The notes: generated by a model from the sequence alone, not told the origin. A DNA stretch of 64,000 bases from Candidatus Zixiibacteriota bacterium (GCA_024641335.1 JAHEDG010000013.1:156-64155), one strand, 5' to 3'; numbered from the stretch's first letter, positions 10,237 through 20,075 are shown. Program-made: numbers and translations.

Positions 10237-10380
10237 ATGCCTCGAAAACCGAAAAGACCGAAACTCCGGGTGCCGCTGCCCAAAAAAACCGAGAAGATCC
10301 ATCCGGATAAGAGTAAATATACCCGCAAGGGAAAACATACTAAAGCAACCGAAGGAACGTCCGACGGATTACCGAATTGA
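10237..10380 (+). CDS. 47-aa basic protein, ArfA-like (putative alternative ribosome rescue factor)
   Basis: GGAG 9 nt before ATG 10237; MPRKPKRPKLRVPLPKKTEKIHPDKSKYTRKGKH... contains KxxYxRKGKH. Confidence 0.5.
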   Translation: MPRKPKRPKLRVPLPKKTEKIHPDKSKYTRKGKHTKATEGTSDGLPN

Positions 10381-10485
10381 TTTTAGTCAAGGCCTTCAGC
10401 TGGAAAAGAGGTATATTGCGATAAAGCGGGGAAAAGATCCTCGCCAGTCGATATATTTATTGCCGGCAGGCAAAAGGAGCTGCGG

Positions 10486-11022
10486 ATGGGTCCGATTGAG
10501 AAGTTGATGGACGAACATCGGATTATCCTGAAAGGGATAGGCGTTTTGGAAAATGGGATTTTGGAGCTGGAGAAAAGCGGGATCGTATCCAGCGTTTTTT
10601 TCGACAATATGATAGATTTTATTCGCGGCTATTCCGACAAGTACCATCATGCCAAAGAAGAGGATATCCTCTTTGTAAGGATGGGAAAGGCCGGATTTCC
10701 CACCGAACAGGGGCCTATCGCCGTAATGCTGTCTGACCACGATCAGGGGCGAGGTTTTGTGGCCGAGATGGAGAAAAGCAACCGTCTATACTCCGCCGGA
10801 AATAAATCCGCGGTCGAGGGAATAGTTGAGAATGGGCGAGCTTACGGATCTTTATTAAAACAGCATATATTGAAAGAAGATACAATTCTCTACCCTATGG
10901 CGGTCGATATTCTGGGTGAAGCGGGAATAGCCGCCATGAAGCCTGATTTCGATCGGGTGGAATCGGAGCAGGCCGGAATCGAGAAAAAATATATCGCCCT
11001 GTTGTCCGAGTTGAAATACTGA
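10486..11022 (+). CDS. hemerythrin HHE cation-binding domain protein
   Basis: 'LMDEHRII', 'YHHAKEEDILF', 'GPIAVMLSDHDQGR', 'HILKEDTILYP'. Confidence 0.9.
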   Translation: MGPIEKLMDEHRIILKGIGVLENGILELEKSGIVSSVFFDNMIDFIRGYSDKYHHAKEEDILFVRMGKAGFPTEQGPIAVMLSDHDQGRGFVAEMEKSNRLYSAGNKSAVEGIVENGRAYGSLLKQHILKEDTILYPMAVDILGEAGIAAMKPDFDRVESEQAGIEKKYIALLSELKY

Positions 11023-11074
11023 AAAAACCGATATCAGGTTGACATATAGGATTTCTTATCTTAAATAGCCGTCC

Positions 11075-11560
11075 ATGGATAACAAAATAAACCGCGAGGA
11101 CGATTTCGCCAGGCTCTGGCTGGCGCATGACGGTCTCTGGTTTCAGGCCGTGGAGAGGGAATTCGGTATGGAAGCGGCCATCCGGCTCGATACTATCGCC
11201 TGGAGCCAATTTTCCCCGATCGAAGCCGGGAGAATATTATCACGATTGGGTAAGGAGCCGGGCGGAGGCATGGATCTTCTGGAAGAGGCTCTGGGAGAGC
11301 GGCTTTACGCTTTTATCAATAAGCAGACGGTTATTGAAAAATCTTCGAAGAGACTGGTTTTCCAGATGAATTCCTGCCGTGTTCAGGACGCCCGATACCG
11401 CAAAGGGATGGCGGCTTTCCCCTGCAAAGAGGTGGGAATAGTCGAATACGCCACATTCGCCGAGGCTATCGATCCCCGGATAAAGACCCGTTGTCTTCAT
11501 TGCCCTCCCGACGCCTATAACGGTGAATACTGGTGCCGTTGGGAGTTCTATATTGACTGA
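11075..11560 (+). CDS. DUF6125-family protein
   Basis: 'WLAHDGLWFQAVE', 'CRVQDAR..KGM..FPCK.VG', 'CLHCPPD', 'WCRWEF'. Confidence 0.75.
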   Translation: MDNKINREDDFARLWLAHDGLWFQAVEREFGMEAAIRLDTIAWSQFSPIEAGRILSRLGKEPGGGMDLLEEALGERLYAFINKQTVIEKSSKRLVFQMNSCRVQDARYRKGMAAFPCKEVGIVEYATFAEAIDPRIKTRCLHCPPDAYNGEYWCRWEFYID

Positions 11561-11760
11561 TAATCTCCTTTTATCATCCACTAAATTGTCGGCATTTGCC
11601 TCCAAAATTGAACTTGACATAAAGCCGTATTAATATTTTTATGCATCGAACCGAGCCGGGTTAATTCTGTTTTCGCCCGATTTGCCGGAAATTCACAACT
11701 GAAACTAGATTAAATGTTCCGTCGCCGGATGTCCGGCGGAATCGAATACTGGAGGTTTAT

Positions 11761-11940
11761 TTGACTTACATTATCACTAATGATTGTATCATGTGCGACG
11801 CCTGTCTGCCGGAGTGCCCTGAAAACGCAATCATAGCGGGAGATCCCAAATATATCATTACTCCGGAAACATGCACCGACTGTGGCGATTGCGCCGAAGT
11901 TTGCCCGACCGAAGCCTGCCTTCCTGTAGAGGATGATTGA
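11761..11940 (+). CDS. fdx: 2[4Fe-4S] clostridial-type ferredoxin (59 aa)
   Basis: Not in ORF track; TTG start behind GGAGG; MTYIITNDCIMCDACLPECPENAIIAGDPKYIITPETCTDCGDCAEVCPTEACLPVEDD with two CxxCxxCxxxCP motifs. Confidence 0.93.
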   Translation: MTYIITNDCIMCDACLPECPENAIIAGDPKYIITPETCTDCGDCAEVCPTEACLPVEDD

Positions 11941-12110
11941 GCCGGCAGGATTCTCTTGGCTCCATCCGCCCGAAAAAATAATTTAGATTTCAAGTCATAA
12001 TAGCGGGCCTGGCATTTCGTTTTTATTCTTTGGTAATTCCGCTCTCGATAATTATAATCTCCGAATGAGCAAATCACAGACAAGCCAATGGCGATGAGAC
12101 CGCTTCGGCG

Positions 12111-13982
12111 ATGATACTGGCGAGCTTCTCATCAATAGCCAAATCGTATCCGTCGGGCGATGTTCTCTCAGGAGTCGCCGGGGCTATCAAGGAGGGGGAG
12201 AGAATAGCTCTTCTGGGATCCAATGGCGCAGGCAAGACTACCCTGCTGGAAATATTGGCCGGTAATATAGAGCCGGACACCGGAATTCTGGAAATACCGA
12301 AATCGGTCAGACGGAGCTATCTGCCGCAGAATATCAAAGCGGATAATTCCGGGGATCTATTCGATTACGCTCTGGGAGGGATGGCCGACCTGGTGAAGTT
12401 AAAACATCGACTGAACAATATTCATCATGAACTATCTCTGGACCACGACAACCCCGGTTTGCTGACGGAGTTGGGGAGGCTTCAGGATCAATTCGAGACC
12501 GCCGACGGCTACCTGATGGAATCCAGGGCCAAGGAGGTTCTTGCCGGCCTGGGTTTCGGCCGGGACGAATTCGATAAAAGCCTGAAAGAACTATCAGGGG
12601 GGCAGCGAAACCGCGCGGCTTTGGCCAGGATACTGATAAGCTCCCCGGATTTGCTGCTTCTTGACGAGCCGACCAATCATCTGGATATATCCGGTCTGGA
12701 ATTTCTCGAAGGCTATCTCAAGTCGTATGGCGGAGGAGTAGTTTATGTTTCTCATGACCGGGCTTTTATAGAGGCCACAGCTACAACTGTTTGGGAGATG
12801 GCTCACGGCAAGCTGGTCTTGTATTCCGGCGGTTACGGCTATTATCTTACCGAGCGGGAAAAACGGCGCGATTCTCTGGTCAGGCAATACGAGGCCCAGA
12901 GGGAATTTATCGAAAAGACAGAGGATTTCATCAGACGGAATATCGTAGGGCAGAAAACCAAGCAGGCTCAGTCGCGGCGGCGGATGCTGGCCAAACTTGA
13001 AAGACTGCGAAAACCGGTATCGTCGGATGACACGGCCAATATCAAATTTTCCGGCGCGGAGAGATCGGCCAGAATGGTGGTTCAAGCTGACGAGGCTGGG
13101 TTTTCCTACGACGGCGGACGATTTTTACAAAATCTGGATTTTGAGATCGAGCGGGGCGAGAAGATAGGTTTTTTCGGCCCCAACGGATGCGGTAAAACCA
13201 CTATCCTCAAATTGATAACCGGCAGACTGACCCCGATTGTCGGCCGGATTGAAATCGGGAAGAAAATCAGTATCGGATATTACGACCAATTGACCGAGAA
13301 TCTCGATCCGGAATCAACCCCGCTGCTGACCATCAGAGGGGAAAAACCGGCCTGGACCGAGGGACAGATCAGAAGCTATCTCGGCAGATTTCTTTTCAGC
13401 GGCGAGGATGTATTCAGAATAATCAGGACATTTTCGGGGGGAGAGCAATCGCGGCTGGCGCTGGCCAGGTTGATTGTGACCGAACCGAATTTTCTGGTTT
13501 TGGACGAGCCTACTAATCACCTCGATATCCAATCGAGAGAGGCGTTAGAGGGAGCTTTGAGCGAATATGAAGGTACTGTTCTTTGTGTTTCGCATGACCG
13601 GTATTTCCTCGATAAATTCTCCGAACGGATTTTCGCTATCGAACATGGGAGTATCAGGATATATCTGGGCGGATACAATGATTACCGGCGTAAAAAAGAG
13701 AAACAGACGCCTCCTCCACGGATTCCGGAGAGAGGGATTCGGTCAGGGGAGAAAACGGCGAAAAATAGTAAGCGTCGAATCAACCCGCAAATCGTACAGA
13801 AAATAGAAAATGAGATAGCGGGGCTGGAAACAGAAATCGCTTCGCTGGAAACCCGAATCGCCGAACTGGAGTCGTCGTCCGATTGGCAGAAACTGACCGG
13901 TCTTTTAAGCGAGAGGGATATTTTGTATTCACGGATGGAAAATCTGATAGCCGAAGCCGAGGATCAGACCGGAGGCATCTGA
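12111..13982 (+). CDS. ABC-F family ATP-binding protein (Uup/YheS-like)
   Basis: Two ABC domains (GSNGAGKTT, LSGGQ, LLLDEPTNHLD; GPNGCGKTT, FSGGE), linker and C-terminal coiled coil, no TM segments. Confidence 0.92.
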   Translation: MILASFSSIAKSYPSGDVLSGVAGAIKEGERIALLGSNGAGKTTLLEILAGNIEPDTGILEIPKSVRRSYLPQNIKADNSGDLFDYALGGMADLVKLKHRLNNIHHELSLDHDNPGLLTELGRLQDQFETADGYLMESRAKEVLAGLGFGRDEFDKSLKELSGGQRNRAALARILISSPDLLLLDEPTNHLDISGLEFLEGYLKSYGGGVVYVSHDRAFIEATATTVWEMAHGKLVLYSGGYGYYLTEREKRRDSLVRQYEAQREFIEKTEDFIRRNIVGQKTKQAQSRRRMLAKLERLRKPVSSDDTANIKFSGAERSARMVVQADEAGFSYDGGRFLQNLDFEIERGEKIGFFGPNGCGKTTILKLITGRLTPIVGRIEIGKKISIGYYDQLTENLDPESTPLLTIRGEKPAWTEGQIRSYLGRFLFSGEDVFRIIRTFSGGEQSRLALARLIVTEPNFLVLDEPTNHLDIQSREALEGALSEYEGTVLCVSHDRYFLDKFSERIFAIEHGSIRIYLGGYNDYRRKKEKQTPPPRIPERGIRSGEKTAKNSKRRINPQIVQKIENEIAGLETEIASLETRIAELESSSDWQKLTGLLSERDILYSRMENLIAEAEDQTGGI

Positions 13983-14078
13983 TTCGGCGCCGGTAAAAAA
14001 AATGATTTTCCGCTTTCGGCAGGATGTGATATCTTTGATATCGATGGGAAAACAGCTAAAAGATAGCAAAGGATAATT

Positions 14079-15182
14079 ATGAGGGATCAGAGAATCGAAA
14101 AACTGGCCGATGTTCTGCTGCGTTACTGTATCGGCCTGAAGAAAGGTCAAATGATCGGTTTAAGAGGCACCGTTCTGGCCACGCCTCTATTAAAAGAGCT
14201 TTACAAAAAGGCCCTGATCATGGGAGCCTATCCCTTTACCAGGATTGCTTTCGATGGATTGGAGGAGATTTACTACAAATACTCTTCCGAGGAGCAGCTC
14301 AGATACATAACGCCCCTGCAGAGATTCGAGGCGGAGAGATCCGACGCTCTAGTTTCGGTGATGTCGAGTTTCAATACCAAAGCCCTGACCAAAATCGATC
14401 ACAAGAAGCAGGCTGTCTCACAGAAAGCTATGGCTCCCTTGATGAAAAAAATAATGGCCCGCACCGCCAGGAAAGAATTTTCATGGGTCGGATGTCTATA
14501 TCCAACCAATGCCTCAGCCCAGGACGCCGGAATGTCTCTTTCGGATTATGAGGAATTCGTCTATTCGGCCTGCTGTGTGGATAAAAAAGATCCTATCGCC
14601 GAATGGAAAAAGATCTCCCGTTATAACGCCCGTCTGATAAAATACCTTTCGACCAAAAAGGAAATCCGTATCACCGCCCCCGGAACCGATATGACATACA
14701 ACGTAAAAGGCCGAAAATGGATCAATTGCGACGGGAAAAATAATTTCCCCGACGGCGAGGTTTTCACGGCCCCTATCGAGAATTCCGCCGACGGGCATAT
14801 CCGTTTCACCTTCCCCGCCGTGTACCATGGAAACGAGGTCGAGGATGTCCGGATTGAGTTTAAAAACGGGAAAGCGGTAAAAGCCACCGCCGCCAAAGGA
14901 GAGAAATTCCTGAACACCATGCTCGATCTGGATAAAGGGGCCCGTTATCTCGGCGAAGTGGCCATCGGCACCAATTTCGGGATAAAAAACTTCAGCAAGA
15001 ACATTCTATTCGATGAGAAAATCGGAGGGACCATACATATGGCTCTCGGGCAATCGTACCCTGAATCGGGAGGAAAAAATAATTCCGGTTTGCATTGGGA
15101 TATGATCTGCGATCTCCGCAAAAACGGGGCCCTCTACGCTGACGGGCAGATGTTCTTTAAAAACGGGAAATTTTTGAAATAA
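14079..15182 (+). CDS. M29 thermophilic-type aminopeptidase (AmpT/PepS family)
   Basis: 'NFPDGEVFTAP', 'GARYLGEVAIG', 'ILFDEKIGGTIHMALG', 'SGLHWDMI'. Confidence 0.92.
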   Translation: MRDQRIEKLADVLLRYCIGLKKGQMIGLRGTVLATPLLKELYKKALIMGAYPFTRIAFDGLEEIYYKYSSEEQLRYITPLQRFEAERSDALVSVMSSFNTKALTKIDHKKQAVSQKAMAPLMKKIMARTARKEFSWVGCLYPTNASAQDAGMSLSDYEEFVYSACCVDKKDPIAEWKKISRYNARLIKYLSTKKEIRITAPGTDMTYNVKGRKWINCDGKNNFPDGEVFTAPIENSADGHIRFTFPAVYHGNEVEDVRIEFKNGKAVKATAAKGEKFLNTMLDLDKGARYLGEVAIGTNFGIKNFSKNILFDEKIGGTIHMALGQSYPESGGKNNSGLHWDMICDLRKNGALYADGQMFFKNGKFLK

Positions 15183-15292
15183 CCGATATCGGGTTACCAT
15201 AATCACCCGATCCGCCAATAGAAATTTCTTGTCATGATAATACAGATGAAGGCGCGTAACTTAAACGTACTTGATGCGAGGGAGCGGCGGTA

Positions 15293-16303
15293 ATGAAAGT
15301 AAGCGGAAAACTAACCATAGCGGTCGTACTGATTTTCATCTCTATCTTCTATTTTGCCATGCGGAAAACCTTCAAATCGGCGGAGCATTCCAGATCGCTG
15401 ATATTCAGTTATTCGGTCAGGGTAAATAACATACCGAGCGGGACGCAAAAAGCGGATGTTCTCATTCCTGTCCCTCAATCGGATAATCACCAGATAGTCT
15501 CGAACCTGCTGGTGGAAAGCCCTTATCCGCACACTTTTATTATCGACAGCGAATACGGCAATAAACTGTTGACAGTTGAAGCGGTCGGCAATCTCGAAGA
15601 GAGCTTCGAGGTGAAGATGCTCTTTTCGGTAAATCGGAAAAGGTATTCCTCACTCGATGGTTCGATGAAGGACGTCGATACGCCGTCAGAATCCCTCAAG
15701 GCGAGATTCCTGGCGCCGGACAAACTGGTTCCGTTGAGCGGTCCGGTGGAGGAGGAAACAGAGAAAGTAATCGCCGGGGACTTATCGGTTCTGGCCCAAG
15801 CCAGGGCGATTTATAACGACGTCGTATCCACCATGACCTACGATAAAAGCGGCGACGGCTGGGGTCGGGGTGATGTTATCCATGCGTGCACCGCCCGCTC
15901 CGGAAATTGTACCGATTTTCATTCTCTTTTCATCGGAATGGCCCGTTCAGCCGGCATACCGGCCAGGTTCATTATGGGTTTCCCCATTCCGGAAACAGCG
16001 GATGAGGGAGAGATAGGCGGTTATCATTGCTGGGCGGAGTTTTACACCGAGGAATTAGGCTGGGTTCCGGTCGATGCTTCGGAAGCCAGCAAGAATCCCG
16101 ACAAAACCGAGTTTTATTTCGGAACACTCGACGAAAACAGGGTGGCTTTCACTATGGGACGGGATATATCGTTTAACGATGAGCTTTTGCCCGAACCCTT
16201 GAATTATCTCATCTATCCGTTGGTTTTTATCGATGGTACGCCCTATGACGATTTCGAAAAGAAATTCCTTTACGCCCCGCCCACTTCGAGCAGATCATAT
16301 TAG
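15293..16303 (+). CDS. transglutaminase-like domain protein, membrane anchored or exported
   Basis: Catalytic triad motifs 'GNCTDFH', 'YHCWAEF', 'WVPVD'. Confidence 0.88.
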   Translation: MKVSGKLTIAVVLIFISIFYFAMRKTFKSAEHSRSLIFSYSVRVNNIPSGTQKADVLIPVPQSDNHQIVSNLLVESPYPHTFIIDSEYGNKLLTVEAVGNLEESFEVKMLFSVNRKRYSSLDGSMKDVDTPSESLKARFLAPDKLVPLSGPVEEETEKVIAGDLSVLAQARAIYNDVVSTMTYDKSGDGWGRGDVIHACTARSGNCTDFHSLFIGMARSAGIPARFIMGFPIPETADEGEIGGYHCWAEFYTEELGWVPVDASEASKNPDKTEFYFGTLDENRVAFTMGRDISFNDELLPEPLNYLIYPLVFIDGTPYDDFEKKFLYAPPTSSRSY

Positions 16304-16326
16304 CCGAAACGGTAAAATCCAAAAAT

Positions 16327-16360
16327 AAAAAAGGGCTGGTCCGGCTGACCCGCCCTTTTT
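16327..16360. terminator. bidirectional intrinsic terminator
   Basis: AAAAAAGGGC...GCCCTTTTT between convergent genes. Confidence 0.75.
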
Positions 16361-16378
16361 GCCCGAAGGTTAATAGAT

Positions 16379-17743
16379 CTATTCCATCCTCTTCCCCGCG
16401 GTGGCGATAATCATATTCTCCGTATCGAAATTGTCTTTGACCACTCGCTGAACATCATCGACAGTTACCCCGCGGATCTTCGAAAGGTAATCGTCTTCGT
16501 AATCGTAGCCGACGCCCAAAAACTCGTTTCTGCACATATAATATGCCTGGTTGATTCTCGAGGCCCTGGATAACAGCATGGAACCCCAGGTGGAATTACG
16601 GGCTTTGTTCAGCTCGTCCTCGGAGGGCATTTCATTTTTCAGGTTGTTTATCTCGGCGATCATGCCGTCCCGGGCGATATTGTAGTTCTGATATCCTGTG
16701 CCCATAGAGGCGATAGTCCAGCCGAAATCCGGCATAAAAGAGACACCCATACCAACCGAATAAGCCAATCCCTGTTTCTCTCTCAAGTTCAAACGCATGC
16801 GGGTCGAGATTATCGAGGAGGCCATATCGATAGCCGGCGCGTCGGGCGATTTCAACCCCGGAGTGGGCGAACCCATGTAGATATAGATCTGCTCCTTTTC
16901 CATATCCTTGTGAACCTCGACCAACCCCGCCGGTTTATTGATCGAGGCAGCGGCCGGATATTCCCCATCGTAACCAGTCATCTGACCAAAGGTTTCGTTA
17001 ATCCATTTTTTAACGGTTTCCGGCTCTATATTGGAAGCTACGGCCAATATGATATTATTCGGGGCGTAGAATTTCCGATGATAAGCGATCAGATCATCAC
17101 GAGTGAAGCCCATTACCGATCGATTGTCTCCCATGACCGGCTTGCGAAACGGATTGTTTTCGAAAAGAGTGCCGTAAAAAAGTTCGCTGGCGTTTTGGTA
17201 AGTGGATCCGGATTTCATCCCCAGCAATCCCATGACATTATTCCGGGATTTTTCTATCTGATCATCGGGAAAATCCGGTTTGGCGAATATTCGGTAGAAA
17301 AGCCTGGTGCCCGGCTCGGCATATTCGTCGATTGTCTCAAATTTGATAAATGAATAGGCCGTGCTGGTATAACGGTCGTCGTACGGGATATAGGGATTGT
17401 CATTGGCAGTAATCTCCGATCCGAGATCGTCAAGCGTGTTCTGGATCTCATCGGCGCTGAGGCCGTCGGCGCCCAATGTCAGCATCCGGTTGACGAAATC
17501 GGTTATCCCGTCCTTGCCTTCCGGTTCGTTGGCCGATCTGTTTTTACCGAGTATGTTAATTGCGAATACGCGGCTGTCGGGATTATACTTGATAATCAGA
17601 TCGAGACCGTTGGGCAAAGTCTCATGAATGAATTTATTGTAACCGGTATCGCCGCCGTTCTGCGCCGACGCCGGCGAGATAAAAAATATGAACGGCGCGA
17701 AAAATACCGTTATGGCAAAAAACAAGAATTTTGAATTTTTCAT
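16379..17743 (-). CDS. M16B peptidase, non-catalytic subunit
   Basis: HXXEH replaced by DFVNR; 'LREKQGLAYSV' motif; signal peptide; overlaps partner by 4 nt. Confidence 0.85.
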   Translation of the reverse strand: MKNSKFLFFAITVFFAPFIFFISPASAQNGGDTGYNKFIHETLPNGLDLIIKYNPDSRVFAINILGKNRSANEPEGKDGITDFVNRMLTLGADGLSADEIQNTLDDLGSEITANDNPYIPYDDRYTSTAYSFIKFETIDEYAEPGTRLFYRIFAKPDFPDDQIEKSRNNVMGLLGMKSGSTYQNASELFYGTLFENNPFRKPVMGDNRSVMGFTRDDLIAYHRKFYAPNNIILAVASNIEPETVKKWINETFGQMTGYDGEYPAAASINKPAGLVEVHKDMEKEQIYIYMGSPTPGLKSPDAPAIDMASSIISTRMRLNLREKQGLAYSVGMGVSFMPDFGWTIASMGTGYQNYNIARDGMIAEINNLKNEMPSEDELNKARNSTWGSMLLSRASRINQAYYMCRNEFLGVGYDYEDDYLSKIRGVTVDDVQRVVKDNFDTENMIIATAGKRME

Positions 17744-19047
17744 TCCTGCACCTCCGGCTCGGGCGCTAACGCGCAGGCCACATATTTCGGTTTGGAAAAA
17801 TACTTTTTAGCCGCCTTCTGGACATCCGAGGAGGTCACTTTCGAGAGGTTGTCGACATATTCAGCCAGGAAATCGTAGCCGCAGGTGGCCAAAACCGCCG
17901 CTTTCATTATCCCGTAGTAATGCAGTTTTTCCTCGAGCTTGATCTCGTAGACCTTGTTGGGCACCACTACCCGGCGGATATCGTCAGCGGTAAATTTGAT
18001 ACCCGGCAGATCTCCCAGAACATCAATAGCGGTCCGGACAATCTTCTCAATATCGCCGGGATCGTTAGCCCTTATGCTGATATTTAGAAGCGTAAACTCG
18101 CTCTGGACATCCAAACCTGCGCTGACATCGGAGGCCAGCGGATTCTCGCCGTCGGTCAGCGCTTTACTCAACGGCGACGAGGACGAATTCAGGTACTGCG
18201 TAAGAACATCATAGGCGAAATATTCTTTTTCGCTGTAAAGCGGTCCGGGAAGCGAGATATCCACATAGGTTACCTTGGAGGGATAGTTCTTGATATGAAC
18301 TTCAGTTCCGTATGGAGGAGATATATTGAATTTCTCCAGCCTGGGCAGTTTTCCTTTGGGTCTGGAGCCGTAAAATCGATCCACCAGTTTTTTCATTTCG
18401 GCGGTCTCGAAATCGCCGGTTATGAAGGCGGTCATATTGTTGGGGACATAATGCTCCTTGTAATAACTCATAACTTCATCGCGGGTAACCGTTCTGATGG
18501 TCGATTCGTACCCGATCACCGGGCGGGCATAAGGAGTCCCCTTGAATTTAACCGATGTGAAATAATCGCCGGCCACGCCGCTTTCGACATCGTTGTCTTT
18601 TTTGATTTCCTCGACAACAATATCCCTCTCCTTGGGAAACTCCTCGGCGGGCAATATCGAACCGAAAAGCTGATCCGACTGGATATCCAGACCCTGTTCG
18701 ATAAACTCGCGCGGCATAACTATCAGGTAGCCGGTCATTTCCTGCCGTGTGAACGCGTTGATATAGCCGCCGAAATCCTTGATTCCCTCGTTAATATCCT
18801 CGCGGGTTTTGGTCTCGGTGCCGTTAAAGAGCATATGTTCCAAAAGATGCGTGAAGCCGTTATTGGCGTCGCTTTCGTATTTGCTTCCAGCCCGGACCAC
18901 CACCACCGATGATATCAGCGGAGAGGCGTGATTCTCCTTCAAGATCACCTGCATGCCGTTGTCCAGGGTGTAGAAAGTGGTTTTGCCGGCCAGGGCCGAC
19001 GACGCGATCATCAGAATAATCGGGATGATCGTCAGGATTTTTTTCAT
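17740..19047 (-). CDS. M16B zinc peptidase, catalytic subunit
   Basis: 'GFTHLLEHMLFNG', 'NAFT', 'ERDIVVEE', 'PVIG'; signal peptide. Confidence 0.9.
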   Translation of the reverse strand: MKKILTIIPIILMIASSALAGKTTFYTLDNGMQVILKENHASPLISSVVVVRAGSKYESDANNGFTHLLEHMLFNGTETKTREDINEGIKDFGGYINAFTRQEMTGYLIVMPREFIEQGLDIQSDQLFGSILPAEEFPKERDIVVEEIKKDNDVESGVAGDYFTSVKFKGTPYARPVIGYESTIRTVTRDEVMSYYKEHYVPNNMTAFITGDFETAEMKKLVDRFYGSRPKGKLPRLEKFNISPPYGTEVHIKNYPSKVTYVDISLPGPLYSEKEYFAYDVLTQYLNSSSSPLSKALTDGENPLASDVSAGLDVQSEFTLLNISIRANDPGDIEKIVRTAIDVLGDLPGIKFTADDIRRVVVPNKVYEIKLEEKLHYYGIMKAAVLATCGYDFLAEYVDNLSKVTSSDVQKAAKKYFSKPKYVACALAPEPEVQE

Positions 19048-19180
19048 AACTCCTCCGCTATTGAAAAAGCATTTGTTTCTTTCGTCGAGGATAGATAATT
19101 TTGCCGGGCGATAATGTCAAGGAGTAATAGCGGCGAATATCGCGGCATATCAGTAATTAGTTTCTATTGTTTTAGTTACC

Positions 19181-19220
19181 TGTCATCGGAGGACATTGGA
19201 TCTGACGCCCTCCGATGACA
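19181..19220. repeat. perfect 12-bp inverted repeat (REP-like or terminator of CADD gene)
   Basis: TGTCATCGGAGG-N16-CCTCCGATGACA; no poly-T tail. Confidence 0.55.
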
Positions 19221-19280
19221 ACGCCTGTGAGAATATTGATATCGTCGAAGGTGTAATATTACCTGTCGGCATAACCGGTC

Positions 19281-19964
19281 TTAACAGGCAATCCCGTGAC
19301 GTTGGCAAACACCATCGAGCAGGCCGTACAGGGCATCGAGAGTCTCATCGACCGAACGTCTGATTATCTCGAAATCGCGATCATCGATATGCTTCTCCAG
19401 CAGCTCCCGTTCGGCGGCGGCATGTTCCTTATCGGCCTCTATATGAACCTGAAAATAGGCTAAAGCACGGTGATTGTCGAGACCGTAAAATTTCTTCAGT
19501 CCGTCGATCTTGGTTTCGGAGACCTCGGGAATCTGGCTTTCGTAGGCGTAAAGGGCCGCCAAGCCGGCGGCAGTTCCCCGGCCGCCGCAGACAGATCGGA
19601 AAGTCCCGATGAGGTCCGATGTTTCCGGGCGGATATCGGCATTTTCCATTTCGGCGGCCCCGAGACCGAAACCCTCTCCGAACTGAACCCAGAGATCCGG
19701 ATGATTGGGAGTTCCCGCCTCTTCGTCATTGAGATTCTTCAGAATTTCGCGACGGGTATTTATATCCTCGGTTTGAGCGTGCACCGCCGAGAGATATGTG
19801 GGGAAAGCGCTGACATGCCGGTAGTACTGACAGGCGTAATCGCGCAAAGATTCCACACTCAACTCCCCTTTGGTCCAGGCTTGGTAAAACGGATGTTTCA
19901 ACAGGCTTCTTTTTGCTATCCGCTCGTCGATTTCGTCAATGAAAGCGTTGGCGACAATTGTCAT
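19281..19964 (-). CDS. CADD/CT610-family (PqqC/TenA fold) dimetal oxidase, putative self-sacrificing pABA synthase
   Basis: 'HPFYQAWTKGELS', 'YACQYYRHVSAFP', 'NLNDEE..PNH', 'LYAYESQIPEVSETKIDGL', 'YFQVHIEADKEH'. Confidence 0.85.
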   Translation of the reverse strand: MTIVANAFIDEIDERIAKRSLLKHPFYQAWTKGELSVESLRDYACQYYRHVSAFPTYLSAVHAQTEDINTRREILKNLNDEEAGTPNHPDLWVQFGEGFGLGAAEMENADIRPETSDLIGTFRSVCGGRGTAAGLAALYAYESQIPEVSETKIDGLKKFYGLDNHRALAYFQVHIEADKEHAAAERELLEKHIDDRDFEIIRRSVDETLDALYGLLDGVCQRHGIAC

Positions 19965-20046
19965 AACTCCTCCTGAAGCTGTCGCGAGACGGTTGTTAGC
20001 CGCGCCGCGAATATTCCCAACTAAAAAAATTATCGACCACTACATA

Positions 20047-20075
20047 ACGATAGCAGGAATGAATATCATTGTCAA
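20047..20075 (-). promoter_or_regulatory. sigma70 promoter of CADD gene with overlapping Fur-like box
   Basis: TTGACA-17-TATCGT on minus strand; GACAATGATATTCATTCCT (20073-20055) matches the 19-bp Fur consensus at 14/19. Confidence 0.5.

Noticed and set aside
11766-12083. 105-aa minus-strand ORF
   Set aside because: Antisense to the clear ferredoxin gene
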